DNA of 64,000 nucleotides, taken from contig CAVOVX010000007.1 of assembly GCA_963699965.1 (NCBI GenBank), positions 544,549 through 608,548 on the forward strand, read 5' to 3'. Below, in pieces: positions 43,868-54,423 of this stretch. A model generated the notes under the pieces. It worked only from the letters and a program-made list of their open reading frames with translations, had not been told where the DNA came from and did not search any database. The DNA is from an uncultured Chloroflexia bacterium. Its GTDB lineage: Bacteria; Chloroflexota; Limnocylindria; Limnocylindrales; CSP1-4. The translations under genes were made by a program, and so were the position numbers. Within the stretch, counting starts at the first letter, position 1, and every line of letters starts with the position of its first letter.

Positions 43868-44659
43868 ATGCGCCGAACTGGCCTGGTCATCGGGATCGTT
43901 GCGTCGTCCGTTCTCCTCGTGGCCTGCACGGGTGGTGGAGCGGCGTCGGCCGGTCCCGCCGGTGGCAAGCTCGACGGCGTCACCTGGACGCTGACCTCGT
44001 ACCGCGACGGCACGACTCTCCAGGTCGTCCCCGATGGGGTCTACGCCGACGCGCAATTCGACGGGACGAACGTGGCCGGATCGGCCGGCTGCAACGGCTT
44101 CCACGGCACGTATGCCGCTTCCGGCAGCTCGCTGACCGTGACCGGGATCGCCTCGACGATGATGGCCTGTCCACCGCCGGCGAGCACGGTCGAGACCGCC
44201 TACCTGGCGAACCTGGCCAAGTCGGCGGCCTATACCGCCACGACGGACGCGCTGACGATCTTCGACGCGGCCGGCGCCCAGCTCCTCGTGTTCGCCGCCC
44301 AGAAGCCGGGCGGGCTGACCGGCGTGACCTGGCATGCCCTCAGCTACAACAACGGCAAGCAGGCGGTCCAGTCGGTCGCAATCGGATCGGACCCAACCGC
44401 GGTGTTCGCCACCGATGGGACGGTGTCCGGGAACGCCACCTGCAACACGTACAGCGGACCGGCGATGATCACCGGGAGCCGGATCGCAATCGGGCCGCTC
44501 ATGTCGACCAAGATGGCCTGCGCCAGCGACGAGCTCAACGCCCAGGAGACGGCCTACCTCGCGGCGTTGCAGGGTGCCGCGACGTACGACATCCGGGGCA
44601 AGCGGCTCGAGCTGCGCGATGCAGGCGGCGCGCTGATGGCCAACTTCGAGCAACGCTAG
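43868..44659 (+). CDS. lipoprotein with two META (HslJ-like) domains
   Basis: Lipobox 'LLVAC'. Two ~110-aa repeats each carrying 'L.G..W.L' and 'GCN.F.G.Y' ('GSAGCNGFHGTY' and 'GNATCNTYSGPA'). Intact. Confidence 0.7.
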   Translation: MRRTGLVIGIVASSVLLVACTGGGAASAGPAGGKLDGVTWTLTSYRDGTTLQVVPDGVYADAQFDGTNVAGSAGCNGFHGTYAASGSSLTVTGIASTMMACPPPASTVETAYLANLAKSAAYTATTDALTIFDAAGAQLLVFAAQKPGGLTGVTWHALSYNNGKQAVQSVAIGSDPTAVFATDGTVSGNATCNTYSGPAMITGSRIAIGPLMSTKMACASDELNAQETAYLAALQGAATYDIRGKRLELRDAGGALMANFEQR

Positions 44660-44694
44660 CCCGCTCGGCTCGGCGACGGTCGGGTCGTCACCCG

Positions 44695-46463
44695 ATGACG
44701 GAGGCCCCGTCGGATCGCGACGCGGTCGTGCGGCGTGCCCGCGAGATCGTCCGCGCCCACGTCCCGATCGTCGGCTGGCTGCCCGCCTATCCGGCGGCCT
44801 GGCGACGCGCGGACGTCGTCGCGGGGATCACCTCGTGGGGGGTGATGATCCCGGTGGCGATGGCCTACGCCGAGCTCGCCGGGCTGCCGCCGGAGGTCGG
44901 GCTGACGACCGCGTTCGCGGCGCTGGCCGTCTACGCGATCCTCGGGTACGAGCCGACACCTGAAGGTGACGGCGAGCTCGACGATGGCGGTGATGTCGGC
45001 GGCCGTGGTCGCGCCGCTCGCCGCGGGCGACCCGGCGAGGTTACCTCGTGCTGAGCTCCGGTCTGGCCCTCGTCGTCGGGGCGATCTTCATCGCGGCCGG
45101 GCTGGTCCGGCTCGGGTTCATCTCCGACTTCATGGCCAAGTCGGTCGTCACCGGCTTCGTCTTCGGCCTGTCGATCACGATCATCGTCGGCCAGCTCCCG
45201 AAGCTCTTCGGCGTGCCCAGCACGAGCGGCGGGATCAACGAGCAGCTGGCCGGGCTGGTCGCCGAGACTGCCTGACACGAATCTGCGGACGCTGGCGGTC
45301 GGCCTGACCTCGATCGTCGGCGTGTCCTGCTCCTGCGGATCGGTCGCCCGCGGCTGCCCGGGCCACTCATCGTGCTCGCGTGGGGATCCTGGCGAGCACC
45401 GTCCTCGACCTCCAGGCCTACGGCGTGAGCCGTCGTCGGCGACGTGGCCACCGGCCTGCCCAGCCTGTCGATCCCGCCGGTCGAGCTGCGCGACCTGCCG
45501 TTCCTCGTCGTCGGGGCGGCCGGCATCGTGTTCCTCGCCGTCGGCGAGTCGCTCGGTGCGGCTCGCGCGTTCGCCTCGCGGCACGGCTACGACATCGACG
45601 CGGACCAGGAGCTCGTCGCGCTCGGCGGCGCGAACGTCGGATCGGGCCTGTTCGGCGGGTTCACCGTCGACGCGAGCCTGTCCCAGTCCGCCACCGCCGA
45701 GGCTGCCGGGACGCAGTCGCAGCTCTCGTCGCTGCTGACCTCGGCGCTGGTCCTGGCAACGGCGGTGTTCCTGGCGCCCGCTCTTCGAGAATCTGCCGAA
45801 CGCGGTCCTGGCCGGGATCGTCATCACCGGGGTCCTGAGCCTGATGGACGTGGCCGAGCTGCGCCGCTTCTATCGCCTCCGGCGGACGGACTTCCTGATC
45901 GCGGTGACCGCGATCGTCGGGGTCATCACGACGACCGTCCTCGTCGGGCTGGTCATCGCGGTGCTGCTGTCGCTGGTGAGCCTCCTCTATCGGGCGAGCC
46001 GGCCGTACGTCGCCGTCGCTCGGCTGAGCTCCCGGGCCGGACCCGGAACGTTCGCCGACGCGAGCCGCCACCCGGATGCCGACGGCCGATCCCCGGGCTG
46101 CTGATCCTGCGCCTCGACGCCCCGCTCTACTTCTTCAACGCGAACGTCGCCCGGAGCGAGATCCTGGCGCTGCTCGGCCGGAGCGATCCGAGCCCGACCC
46201 GGCTCATCCTCGACCTCGGTGCCACGGCCGACCTTGACACGACGACCTCCGACATGCTCCACGAGCTGGTCGCCCGGCTCCGCGACGATGAGGTGGAGCT
46301 GTTCCTGGCCCAGGTCAAGGGCGCCGTCCGGGACCGGATGGCGCGCGCCGGGCTGATCGAGCTCGTCGGCGAGGACCACCTGTTCCGGACCGTGGTCGCC
46401 GCAGTGGCTGCAGGCGCGACTGACCGGGCCGACCCGGACCAGGCTTCGATGGGCGACGGCTGA
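44695..46463 (+). pseudogene. SulP-family anion transporter with STAS domain (second copy), at least 5 frameshifts
   Basis: 'VGWLPAYPAAWRRADVVAGITSWGVMIPVAMAYAELAGLPPEVGL', 'FISDFMAKSVVTGFVFGLSITIIVGQLPKLFG', STAS 'RLILDLGATADLDTTTSDMLHELVARLRDDEVELFLAQV'. Confidence 0.65.
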
Positions 46464-46613
46464 TCGTCGGCCGGGGCGACCACTGCCGTCGCTCGACCGA
46501 CAGGCCAGCTGGGAGGGTTGCCGACTCGCGCCCGATCGGCGATGCTGATAGGGACGCCACCGTACAAGCCCGTTCCGGGTAACGGGCGGACGGTCGGCAA
46601 GGAGGACGCGGTA

Positions 46614-47084
46614 ATGACGAACTCAGCAGTCCGGGATGGCCTGCGCCTGGGACGACTTGCGCTCGCGGTGGCTGCGGCCCCGCTGCTCCTGGCCGCCTGC
46701 TACAGCGGCACGGCCCCCAACCAGACGACCTTCGGCGACATCTTCTGGTCGATGGTCGCCTTCTTCTTCTGGTTCATGCTGATCTGGATGTTCATCGCCG
46801 TGTTCGCCGACATCTTCCGGCGGAACGACCTGAGCGGCGGCTGGAAGGCGATCTGGATCCTCGCGATCTTCATCCTGCCGCTCCTGGGAATCCTGATCTA
46901 CGTCTTCACCCGACCGAAGGTCACGGCCCAGGACGTCCAGGCGATGACCCAGATGGACGCCCAGGCCAAGGCCGCGGCGAGCGTCTCGACCGCGGACGAG
47001 CTGGCGAAGCTCCAGCAGCTCAAGGCGTCCGGCGCGATCACGGATGCCGAGTACGAGTCGCTCAAGGCGAAGCTGCTGGCCTGA
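46614..47084 (+). CDS. PLDc_N (PLD nuclease N-terminal) + SHOCT domain lipoprotein
   Basis: Lipobox 'LLAAC'. 'FWSMVAFFFWFMLIWMFIAVFADIFRRNDLSGGWKAIWILAIFILPLLGILIYVF' is a two-TM PLDc_N-type segment. C-terminal 'ELAKLQQLKASGAITDAEYESLKAKLLA' is a SHOCT motif. Confidence 0.7.
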   Translation: MTNSAVRDGLRLGRLALAVAAAPLLLAACYSGTAPNQTTFGDIFWSMVAFFFWFMLIWMFIAVFADIFRRNDLSGGWKAIWILAIFILPLLGILIYVFTRPKVTAQDVQAMTQMDAQAKAAASVSTADELAKLQQLKASGAITDAEYESLKAKLLA

Positions 47085-47168
47085 CCTTCGGCCGTCCTCG
47101 ACGGCGGCCCGGCGGCCGCCGTCGGCGCACGCCCGCGAACCCGATCCCGCCAACGGGAGCAGCTGCCC

Positions 47169-49460
47169 TTGACGACCCAGCGTGAACCGACGATCCCGCA
47201 TCTCCGACCCGTTGGACCCGGGCCGGCTGTCGTGCCGCGTCTCGGCGTCATCGAGGGCAAGCTCCAGCCGCCGCCGGCTCGCCCCGGGATGGTCCCGCGC
47301 ACGGCAATCGTCGAGCGCCTGATCGGCTCCCGGTCGGCCAGGATCGTCCTCATCCGGGCCCCGGCAGGCTACGGCAAGACATCGCTGCTCGCGCAATGGG
47401 CCGAGGCGGACGAGCGCCCGGTCGCCTGGGTCTCGCTCGACAAGCACGACGACGATCCGAGCGTCGTGCTCACCTATCTCGCCGCCGCGATCGACGGGAT
47501 CGAGCCGATCGGGCCGGACGCCATCCGAGCGCTCGGCGGGCCGGCCGCGTCGGTCCGCAGCCGGATCCTGCCGGAGCTGGCCGTTGCGTTCAGCCGGTTG
47601 TCGGGCCCGGTCCTGGTGGTCCTCGACGACATCCATGAGCTCGAGCATCCGGAGGCGCTCGACTCGGCCGTCCTGCTCGCCGGCCACCTGCCCGAGGGCT
47701 CTCAGCTGGCCATGGCGGCGCGCGGTGAGTCGCAGCTCCCGATCTCGCGCTACCGGGCGCGTGGCGCGCTGCTCGAGCTCGGACCGAGCGATCTCGCGCT
47801 CGACGTTGACGAGGCGTGCCAGCTGTTCGCCGGCGCCGGGCTCGAGCTGCCGATCGCGGATGTCTCCGATCTGACCCGGCGGACCGAGGGATGGGCGGCC
47901 GGGCTCTATCTCGCCGCCCTGTCGATCCAGAACGGCGGCGCCGACGCGGCCCTGGGTTCGAGCTTCGGCGACCACGATCGTTTCATCGAGGATTACCTCC
48001 GGTCCGAGCTCACCGGGAGCCTGTCACGGCGCGAGCTGCGCTTCCTGTCGCGAACGTCGGTGCTCGACCGGCTGGCCGCTGCCCTGTGCGACGCGGTGGT
48101 TGGACGGTCCGGGTCGGCCGCGATGCTCAGTTCGATCGAGCAGGCCAACCTGTTCCTCGTGCCGCTCGACAACGAGCGCGCCTGGTACCGCTACCACCCC
48201 CTGTTCCGGGCGATGCTCCAGGCCGAGCTCGAGCGGCGTGAGCCCGGTGTCCGCGTGGAGCTCCTGGTCAGGGCGGCCGAGTGGTGCGAGGCCAACGAGC
48301 TGTTCGAGCAGGCACTGGCCTACGCCTTCGAAGCCGGCGATCTCGATCGGGCCGCCGGCCTGTTCGAGCGCCTCGCCCAGCCAGTGTTCCGGAGCGGCCG
48401 AATGGCGACCCTCCGCCGCTGGCTCGAGCAGTTCGACGCCCCGTCCCTTGCCCGCCACCCCTCGTCGGCCGCCCTGGCGGCGCTCGGGTTCGCGTTCGTC
48501 GGCGAGGCAATGGAAGCAGACCGTTGGGTGGGCGAGGCGGTTCTCGCGGCCCGCGACCAGGGTGACCGGACGGTCGTCGGGGTGTCCGGCACGTCGGCTG
48601 CCTCGCTCGTGGCGGTCGCCCGCGCGGTCACAGCACCCGAGGGTGTCGACCATATGGTCCACGACGCCACCACCACCCTCGACCTCGAGCCGGACTGGAG
48701 CCCGTGGCGGGCGTTCGCGCTCGCCGTGGCCGGCATCGGCCAGATGCTCATCGGGGACCTGGTCGGCGCCCAGCGGCTCCTCGCCGAGGCGGCCGAGGTC
48801 GGTGAGCGCCTCGCCGCCCATCCGGCCCGGTCGATCGCCCTGGCCGAGCTTGCCGCCCTGGCCATCGACCGCGGCGACTGGTCGGCCGCCGAGACGTACG
48901 CCACGAAGGCGCGGGCGATAGTCGTCGGCGCCGGGCTCGACGACTATCCCTTGACGTCGTTCGCGTACGCGGTCACGGCCCGGACGTCGGCGCATCGGGG
49001 CGACCTCGTCCGGGCCCGGACCGACCTGGCTCATCTCGCCCGGGTCGTCCCGTCCCTGACCTACGCGATCCCGTGGCTGGCCATCCAGACCCGGGTCGAG
49101 ATGGCCCGGGTCCACCTCGCCCTCGGCGAGACCGACGCGGCCCGCCAGCTCCTGGCGGTGATCGACGCGATCCTCGAGCGGCGCCCGGATGTCGGCGACC
49201 TCCGCCCGAAGGTCGATTCGCTCCGCCGACAGGTTGCCTCGTCGACGGTCGCGCCACGGGTCGAGTCGCTTACCGAGGCGGAGCTGCGGCTCGTTCCGCT
49301 GCTGCCGACTCACCTGTCGTTCATCGAGATCGCCGAGATCCACGTCCTCTCGCCCAACACGGTCAAGACGCAGGCGATCTCGATCTACCGCAAGCTCGGG
49401 GCGTCGTCGCGGAGCGATGCCGTCACGCGAGCACGCGAGCTTGGCCTGCTCGAGCACTAG
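47169..49460 (+). CDS. LuxR-family transcriptional regulator, large ATP-binding (LAL/MalT-like)
   Basis: Walker A 'IRAPAGYGKTSLLAQWA'. Long helical/TPR-like middle. C-terminal HTH 'LTEAELRLVPLLPTHLSFIEIAEIHVLSPNTVKTQAISIYRKLGASSR'. Intact 763 aa with TTG start per the ORF track. Confidence 0.8.
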   Translation: MTTQREPTIPHLRPVGPGPAVVPRLGVIEGKLQPPPARPGMVPRTAIVERLIGSRSARIVLIRAPAGYGKTSLLAQWAEADERPVAWVSLDKHDDDPSVVLTYLAAAIDGIEPIGPDAIRALGGPAASVRSRILPELAVAFSRLSGPVLVVLDDIHELEHPEALDSAVLLAGHLPEGSQLAMAARGESQLPISRYRARGALLELGPSDLALDVDEACQLFAGAGLELPIADVSDLTRRTEGWAAGLYLAALSIQNGGADAALGSSFGDHDRFIEDYLRSELTGSLSRRELRFLSRTSVLDRLAAALCDAVVGRSGSAAMLSSIEQANLFLVPLDNERAWYRYHPLFRAMLQAELERREPGVRVELLVRAAEWCEANELFEQALAYAFEAGDLDRAAGLFERLAQPVFRSGRMATLRRWLEQFDAPSLARHPSSAALAALGFAFVGEAMEADRWVGEAVLAARDQGDRTVVGVSGTSAASLVAVARAVTAPEGVDHMVHDATTTLDLEPDWSPWRAFALAVAGIGQMLIGDLVGAQRLLAEAAEVGERLAAHPARSIALAELAALAIDRGDWSAAETYATKARAIVVGAGLDDYPLTSFAYAVTARTSAHRGDLVRARTDLAHLARVVPSLTYAIPWLAIQTRVEMARVHLALGETDAARQLLAVIDAILERRPDVGDLRPKVDSLRRQVASSTVAPRVESLTEAELRLVPLLPTHLSFIEIAEIHVLSPNTVKTQAISIYRKLGASSRSDAVTRARELGLLEH

Positions 49461-49612
49461 CCGGTTCGCTTTCATGCGTTCGGGGTGATGCGAGGCCGGC
49501 CCGGTCGGCCTATGCTGGCCCCTGAAGGCCGCACATCCAGCGGCCCATTACGTGTCGCCCAGGCTACGGTCGGTCGACCCGCCCGCCGATACCAACCAGA
49601 TGGAGGCATCCC

Positions 49613-50050
49613 GTGACCCTCGGTCCGCTCGAGTACACCGTCATCGGCTTTGAAGGCAACCGGTTCAACGGCGAGATCGCCAAGGAGCTCTCGGCCGTTG
49701 TCGAGAAGAAGGTCATCCGCCTCGTCGACGTCGTGTTCGTGACGAAGGACATCAACGGAGAGGTCGCGGTCGTCGAGGTCGACAACAAGGCCGACGACAG
49801 ATTCGCGTTGTTCGCACCGCTCATCAACGACCTCATGGGCCTGCTCACCCCGGACGACATCGCGGCGATCGCGGCTGAGCTGCCCAACAACACCTCGGCG
49901 CTCATCGTGCTGTTCGAGCACCGCTGGGCGGAGAAGCTCAAGGATGCCATGACGGGAGCGGGTGGCTTCCTCATCGCGCGCCAGACGATCAGCCCCGAGC
50001 TGCTGGCCGCCGTCAACGACGAGCTCGAGGCCGCGACGGCCTCGGCCTGA
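49613..50050 (+). CDS. hypothetical soluble protein (145 aa)
   Basis: Intact ORF with protein-like composition ('LEYTVIGFEGNRFNGEI…IRLVDVVFVTKD'). Family not recognised with certainty. Confidence 0.4.
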   Translation: MTLGPLEYTVIGFEGNRFNGEIAKELSAVVEKKVIRLVDVVFVTKDINGEVAVVEVDNKADDRFALFAPLINDLMGLLTPDDIAAIAAELPNNTSALIVLFEHRWAEKLKDAMTGAGGFLIARQTISPELLAAVNDELEAATASA

Positions 50051-50076
50051 TCCCCGGATACCGAAGGAGAACTGCC

Positions 50077-50379
50077 ATGATGCGACGAAGACGTGGTGTT
50101 GGGCTCGTGGGTGTGGCTGCGGTCGGGGCTGTGGCCCATCACGCCGGCACCAAGTCGGCCCAGGCCCAGGCCCAGGAAGATGCCCAGAACCAGCAGCTTG
50201 CCGACCTCCAGGCTCAGCAAGCCCAGCAGGCCTACGCGCCGCCACCGGCCGCCGCGCCGGCGGCCCCCGCGGTCGACCCGACCACGGCCCAGCTCCAGAA
50301 CCTGGCGAACCTGCACACCCAGGGGATCCTGAGCGACGAGGAGTTCGCGGCCGCCAAGGCGAAGCTGCTCGGCATCTGA
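50077..50379 (+). CDS. small SHOCT-domain protein
   Basis: N-terminal hydrophobic segment, Gln/Ala-rich linker, C-terminal 'LANLHTQGILSDEEFAAAKAKLLGI' SHOCT motif. Confidence 0.55.
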   Translation: MMRRRRGVGLVGVAAVGAVAHHAGTKSAQAQAQEDAQNQQLADLQAQQAQQAYAPPPAAAPAAPAVDPTTAQLQNLANLHTQGILSDEEFAAAKAKLLGI

Positions 50380-50624
50380 GCCCGGCTCGCCACCGGGCTG
50401 TCTCGCTCGGGGCAGCCCATCGTCCCGGCTGCGGCATGCCCTGAATCCGGAGAACTGTGGATCCGCCCGACGAGCGTCGGCGTACTTGGCGATAGACTGG
50501 CTCGGCGCCTTCGCCGCGCCGGGCGGCTGACGCCGATCGATCTCAGAGAGCTCTAATCATCGACCCCTACACTGGCCGGTGAGGCTTCTCACCAGGGGTT
50601 CGGTCGGACCTCCGGCGCGGACAG

Positions 50625-51500
50625 ATGGACTGGAGCTCGATCGGCCCGATGACCGACCAGACGGAAACGCCGCTCGATCCGGAGAGTTCCCGCGAGACGC
50701 GTCGCCTGCGCCGCAGCGCGGGCCGGATCCGGACGGCGCTACCGTTCGTCGGCGGGATCGTTGCCGCCCTCATCGCGATCGCGCTCTATGGCGTCCTCGT
50801 CCCGGGTCCGCACCAGCTGACGACTTCCGACGTCAAGCAGAGCATTGCCTCGGCGCTCGCGTCGCAGACCCCGGCGCCCCCGGATTCGGAGCTGGTCTAC
50901 CAGGCGATCCAGCCGTCGCTGGTCCTCATCCAGACGAAGAACGAGGCGGTCAAGGACGGCGCCGGTGACGCCATCGGGAGCGGGGTCGTCGTCAACCAGC
51001 TCGGCGACATCCTGACCAGCCTCCACGTCGTGGCCGACGCCACGAGCATCGAGCTGACCTTCGCCGACGGCTCGAAGTCCACCGCCCAGATCGCGGTCCG
51101 TCGTTCTGACGACGATATTGCGGTCCTGCGGGCCGACGAGCTCCCAGCTGTCCTCGTCCCGGCGACGCTCGGCAACCCGGCCTCGGCCCAGGTCGGGAGC
51201 GAGGCATTCGTCGTCGGTAATCCGTTCGGGCTGTACGGCTCGATCAGCTCCGGGGTCATCTCGGGTCTCGGCCGATCGTTCGAGATGCCCGACTCCAGGC
51301 AGGTCCTCCACGGGCTTATCCAGGTCGACGCCGCGGTGAACCCGGGCAACTCCGGCGGGCCGCTCCTCAACCGTAACGGTCAGGTCATCGGGATCGTCGC
51401 AGCGCTCGTGAACCCGACCAAGCAGGCCGTCTTCGTCGGGATCGGCCTGGCCGTTCCGATCGATGTCGCCGGTGGGGCGGCCGGCCTGCCCCAGTACTGA
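50625..51500 (+). CDS. trypsin-like serine protease (S1C, HtrA-like without PDZ), membrane-anchored
   Basis: TM helix 'VGGIVAALIAIALYGVLV'. His region 'ILTSLHVV'. Asp 'DDDIAVL'. Ser motif 'GNSGGPLLN'. Confidence 0.8.
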   Translation: MDWSSIGPMTDQTETPLDPESSRETRRLRRSAGRIRTALPFVGGIVAALIAIALYGVLVPGPHQLTTSDVKQSIASALASQTPAPPDSELVYQAIQPSLVLIQTKNEAVKDGAGDAIGSGVVVNQLGDILTSLHVVADATSIELTFADGSKSTAQIAVRRSDDDIAVLRADELPAVLVPATLGNPASAQVGSEAFVVGNPFGLYGSISSGVISGLGRSFEMPDSRQVLHGLIQVDAAVNPGNSGGPLLNRNGQVIGIVAALVNPTKQAVFVGIGLAVPIDVAGGAAGLPQY

Positions 51501-51516
51501 CTCAACCTGGAGGTGA

Positions 51517-52533
51517 ATGCCAGTGGATGACGACGAGAGCGCGGCGCGGACCGTCCCGATGGAACGCGTCCTCTACGAGGTCAAGAAGGTCATCGTCGGC
51601 CAGGACCACCTCCTCGAACGGCTCGTCGTCGCGCTGCTGGCGCGTGGACACCTCCTCGTCGAGGGCGTCCCCGGCCTGGCCAAGACGATGGCGATCAAGA
51701 CCCTGGCCGGGGCGATCGGCGGCGAGTTCAAGCGGATCCAGTTCACCCCGGACCTCGTCCCGGCGGACCTCGTCGGGACCCGGGTCTACAACCAGAAGAC
51801 CGGCGAGTTCAGCACGTCGCTCGGTCCGGTGTTCACCAACCTGCTCCTCGCCGACGAGATCAACCGGGCCCCGGCGAAGGTCCAGAGCGCCCTGCTCGAG
51901 GTCATGCAGGAGCGCCAGGTGACGATCGGCCGCGAGACGTTCAAGGTGCCCGATCCGTTCCTGGTCCTCGCCACCCAGAACCCGATCGAGACCGAGGGAA
52001 CCTATCCGCTGCCCGAGGCGCAGGTCGATCGGTTCATGATGAAGGTCCTCGTCGGCTACCCGAGCACGACCGAGGAGTTCTCGATCGTCGAGCGCCAGAC
52101 GGGGCCGGCCGACGCGGTCCAGAGCGTGCTCTCGACCGACGACCTCCTCGCGCTTCAGCAGAAGGTCGACTCGGTCTACGTCGATCCGGCCCTGCTCGAC
52201 TATGCCGTCCGGCTGGCCACCGCCACCCGAATGCCGAAGGCCTACGGGATGCCCGAGCTCGAGCGCTACATCACGTACGGGGCAAGCCCCCGGGCCTCGA
52301 TCAACCTCATCCTGACCGCCCGCGCGCTGGCCTTCGTCCGCGGCCGTGACTACGCCCTGCCCCAGGACGTCCGGGACATGGCCCGCGACGTCCTCCGCCA
52401 TCGCCTCGTCCTGTCGTTCGAAGCACTGTCCGACGACATCGCCGCCGACAACCTGCTGACCGCCGTCCTCGACCGGGTCGTCGCGCCGGTCGTGCCGCTC
52501 CGGGAGACGACCAACGTCCGCGCCAGCGCCTGA
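51517..52533 (+). CDS. MoxR-family AAA+ ATPase
   Basis: 'LLVEGVPGLAKTMAIKTLA', 'LLADEINRAPAKVQSALLEVMQERQVTI', 'VLATQNPIE'. Confidence 0.85.
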   Translation: MPVDDDESAARTVPMERVLYEVKKVIVGQDHLLERLVVALLARGHLLVEGVPGLAKTMAIKTLAGAIGGEFKRIQFTPDLVPADLVGTRVYNQKTGEFSTSLGPVFTNLLLADEINRAPAKVQSALLEVMQERQVTIGRETFKVPDPFLVLATQNPIETEGTYPLPEAQVDRFMMKVLVGYPSTTEEFSIVERQTGPADAVQSVLSTDDLLALQQKVDSVYVDPALLDYAVRLATATRMPKAYGMPELERYITYGASPRASINLILTARALAFVRGRDYALPQDVRDMARDVLRHRLVLSFEALSDDIAADNLLTAVLDRVVAPVVPLRETTNVRASA

Positions 52534-52539
52534 GCGCAT

Positions 52540-53408
52540 CCTCCAGCGCCTCGACTGGCAGGTCATCCGGCCGCTCGACGGCCTGCTCCAGGGCGACTAC
52601 CGCAGCCTGTTCTATGGCAACGGGGTCGACCTGGCCGACCTGCGCGAGTACCAGCCCGGCGACGACGTCCGGTACATCGACTGGAACGTCACTGCCCGGA
52701 TGGATACGGCGTACATCCGGCAGTACACCGAGGATCGCGAGATCACGGCCTGGTTCCTGCTCGATCTCAGCCCGTCGGTCGACTTCGGGACGGTCGACGC
52801 GGAGCGCGAGAAGCGGACCGTGCTGATCGACTTCGTGACGACGATGGCACGCCTCCTGACGCGTCGCGGCAACCGGGTCGGGGCCGTGTTCTACGACAGC
52901 CGGGTCGAGCGGACGATCCCCGCCCGCGGCGGCCGCAACCAGGTGCTTCGCCTCGTGAACGATCTCCTCGGGCAACCCCGCCTGCCGGGCGCGCCGTTCA
53001 CCGACCTGGCGCCGATGCTCGACGCCGGCCGGCGCGCGATCCTCCGCCGGTCGCTCGTCTTCGTGATCTCCGACTTCATCAGCGCGCCCGGCTGGGAGCG
53101 ACCGCTCCACCTGCTCAACCGGCGTCACGACGTCCTCGCGATCCGGCTGATCGACCCGCGCGAGATCGAGCTGCCCGACGTGGGTCCGCTGCTCATGGAG
53201 GATGCCGAGACGGGCGAGCAGCTCTACGTCGACACCCACGACAAGGGCTTCCGGCGCCGGTTCCAGGAGGCAGCCGGGAAGGCGCGAGGCCAGCGTCGGC
53301 GACGCGTTCAAGCGATCCGGCGTCGACGCGATGGTCCTGTCCACCGACGAGGACCTCGTCCAGGCGATCGTCCGCATGGCGACCCTGCGCCGCCGGCGCC
53401 GGAGGTAG
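52540..53408 (+). CDS. DUF58-family protein (MoxR partner), 2 frameshifts; start not resolved
   Basis: 'LREYQPGDDVRYIDWNVTARMDTAYIRQYTEDRE', 'LLDLSPSVDFGT', 'RGNRVGAVFYD', 'RRSLVFVISDF…RRHDVLAIRLIDPRE', C-terminus 'GVDAMVLSTDEDLVQAIVRMA'. Confidence 0.7.
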
Positions 53409-53411
53409 CCG

Positions 53412-54423
53412 ATGTCGTTCATCTGGCCGCCGATGCTCGCGCTCCTCGTCTTCGTCCCGATCGGCGTGCTCTTATACCGCTGGCTCGAACGGCGTCGCCG
53501 GCGTCGGGTCGAGGCGTCGGGTGGGCTCGGGCTCGGCACGCGGGTGTCCGGTCCACCGACCGGTCTGCGCCAGCGCATCCCGGCGGCCCTGTTCCTCGTC
53601 GGCCTGACGATCATGGTCGTCGCCCTGGCCAGGCCGCAGAGCGTGGTCGACCTGCCGCGCGCGGAGGGCACGGTGATCCTCGCCTTCGACGTCTCGAGGA
53701 GCATGGCCGCCGACTGACCTCACGCCGACCCGCATGGATGCCGCCAAGGCGGCGACCAAGACGTTCGTGGAGCGCCAGCCGCCCGGCGTCGTGATCGGGG
53801 TCGTCGCGTTCAGCGGGGCCGGCCTGTCGGTTCAGACGCCGACCAGCGACCAGGCGTCGGTCCTCGCAGCGATCGACCGGCTGGCGCCGGAGCGGGGGAC
53901 CTCGCTCGGCCAGGGCATCCTGACGGCGCTCAACACGATCGCCGTCGCCGAGGCCGGTCCGTCGGTCGACTACTACAGCAATCGCTCACCGGAACCGACG
54001 CCCGAGCCGACCCCGGTGCCGCCGGGGACCCACGCGCCGGCGGTCATCGTGCTCGTCACCGACGGCGAGAACACCGAGCCGCCCGACCCGCTGGCCGCCG
54101 CCCAGACCGCCCTCGATCGCGGAGTCCGGATCTACACGGTCGGGCTCGGCAGCGCGGCCGGGACGACCCTCGACCTCGACGGGTTCAAGGTCCACACCCA
54201 GCTCGACGAGGCGACCCTCCAGCAGATCTCCCAGATCTCCGGCGGCGCCTACTTCAGCGCCGGCGATGACGCCGCGCTCCAGTCGGTCTACAGCAATCTC
54301 GACCTGCGCCTGACGGTCGAGCCGGAGGAGATCGAGGTCACGTCCCTGTTCGCCGGCGCAAGCGTGCTGCTCCTCGTCGTCGGCGGCCTGTGCTCGCTCG
54401 TGGTCCTGGGCCGGCTGCCATGA
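53412..54423 (+). CDS. BatA-like VWA-domain membrane protein, frameshift near 53715
   Basis: N-terminal TM helices, 'ILAFDVSRSMAADDLTPTR…' MIDAS-containing VWA ('VIVLVTDGENT'), C-terminal TM. Confidence 0.7.

Noticed and set aside
50400-50640. Intergenic segments scanned for tRNA/ncRNA (also 21555-21610, 63080-63300, 49460-49612)
   Set aside because: No cloverleaf-compatible T-arm (GGTTCGAATCC-like) or anticodon-stem pattern was found. Only short GC hairpins.
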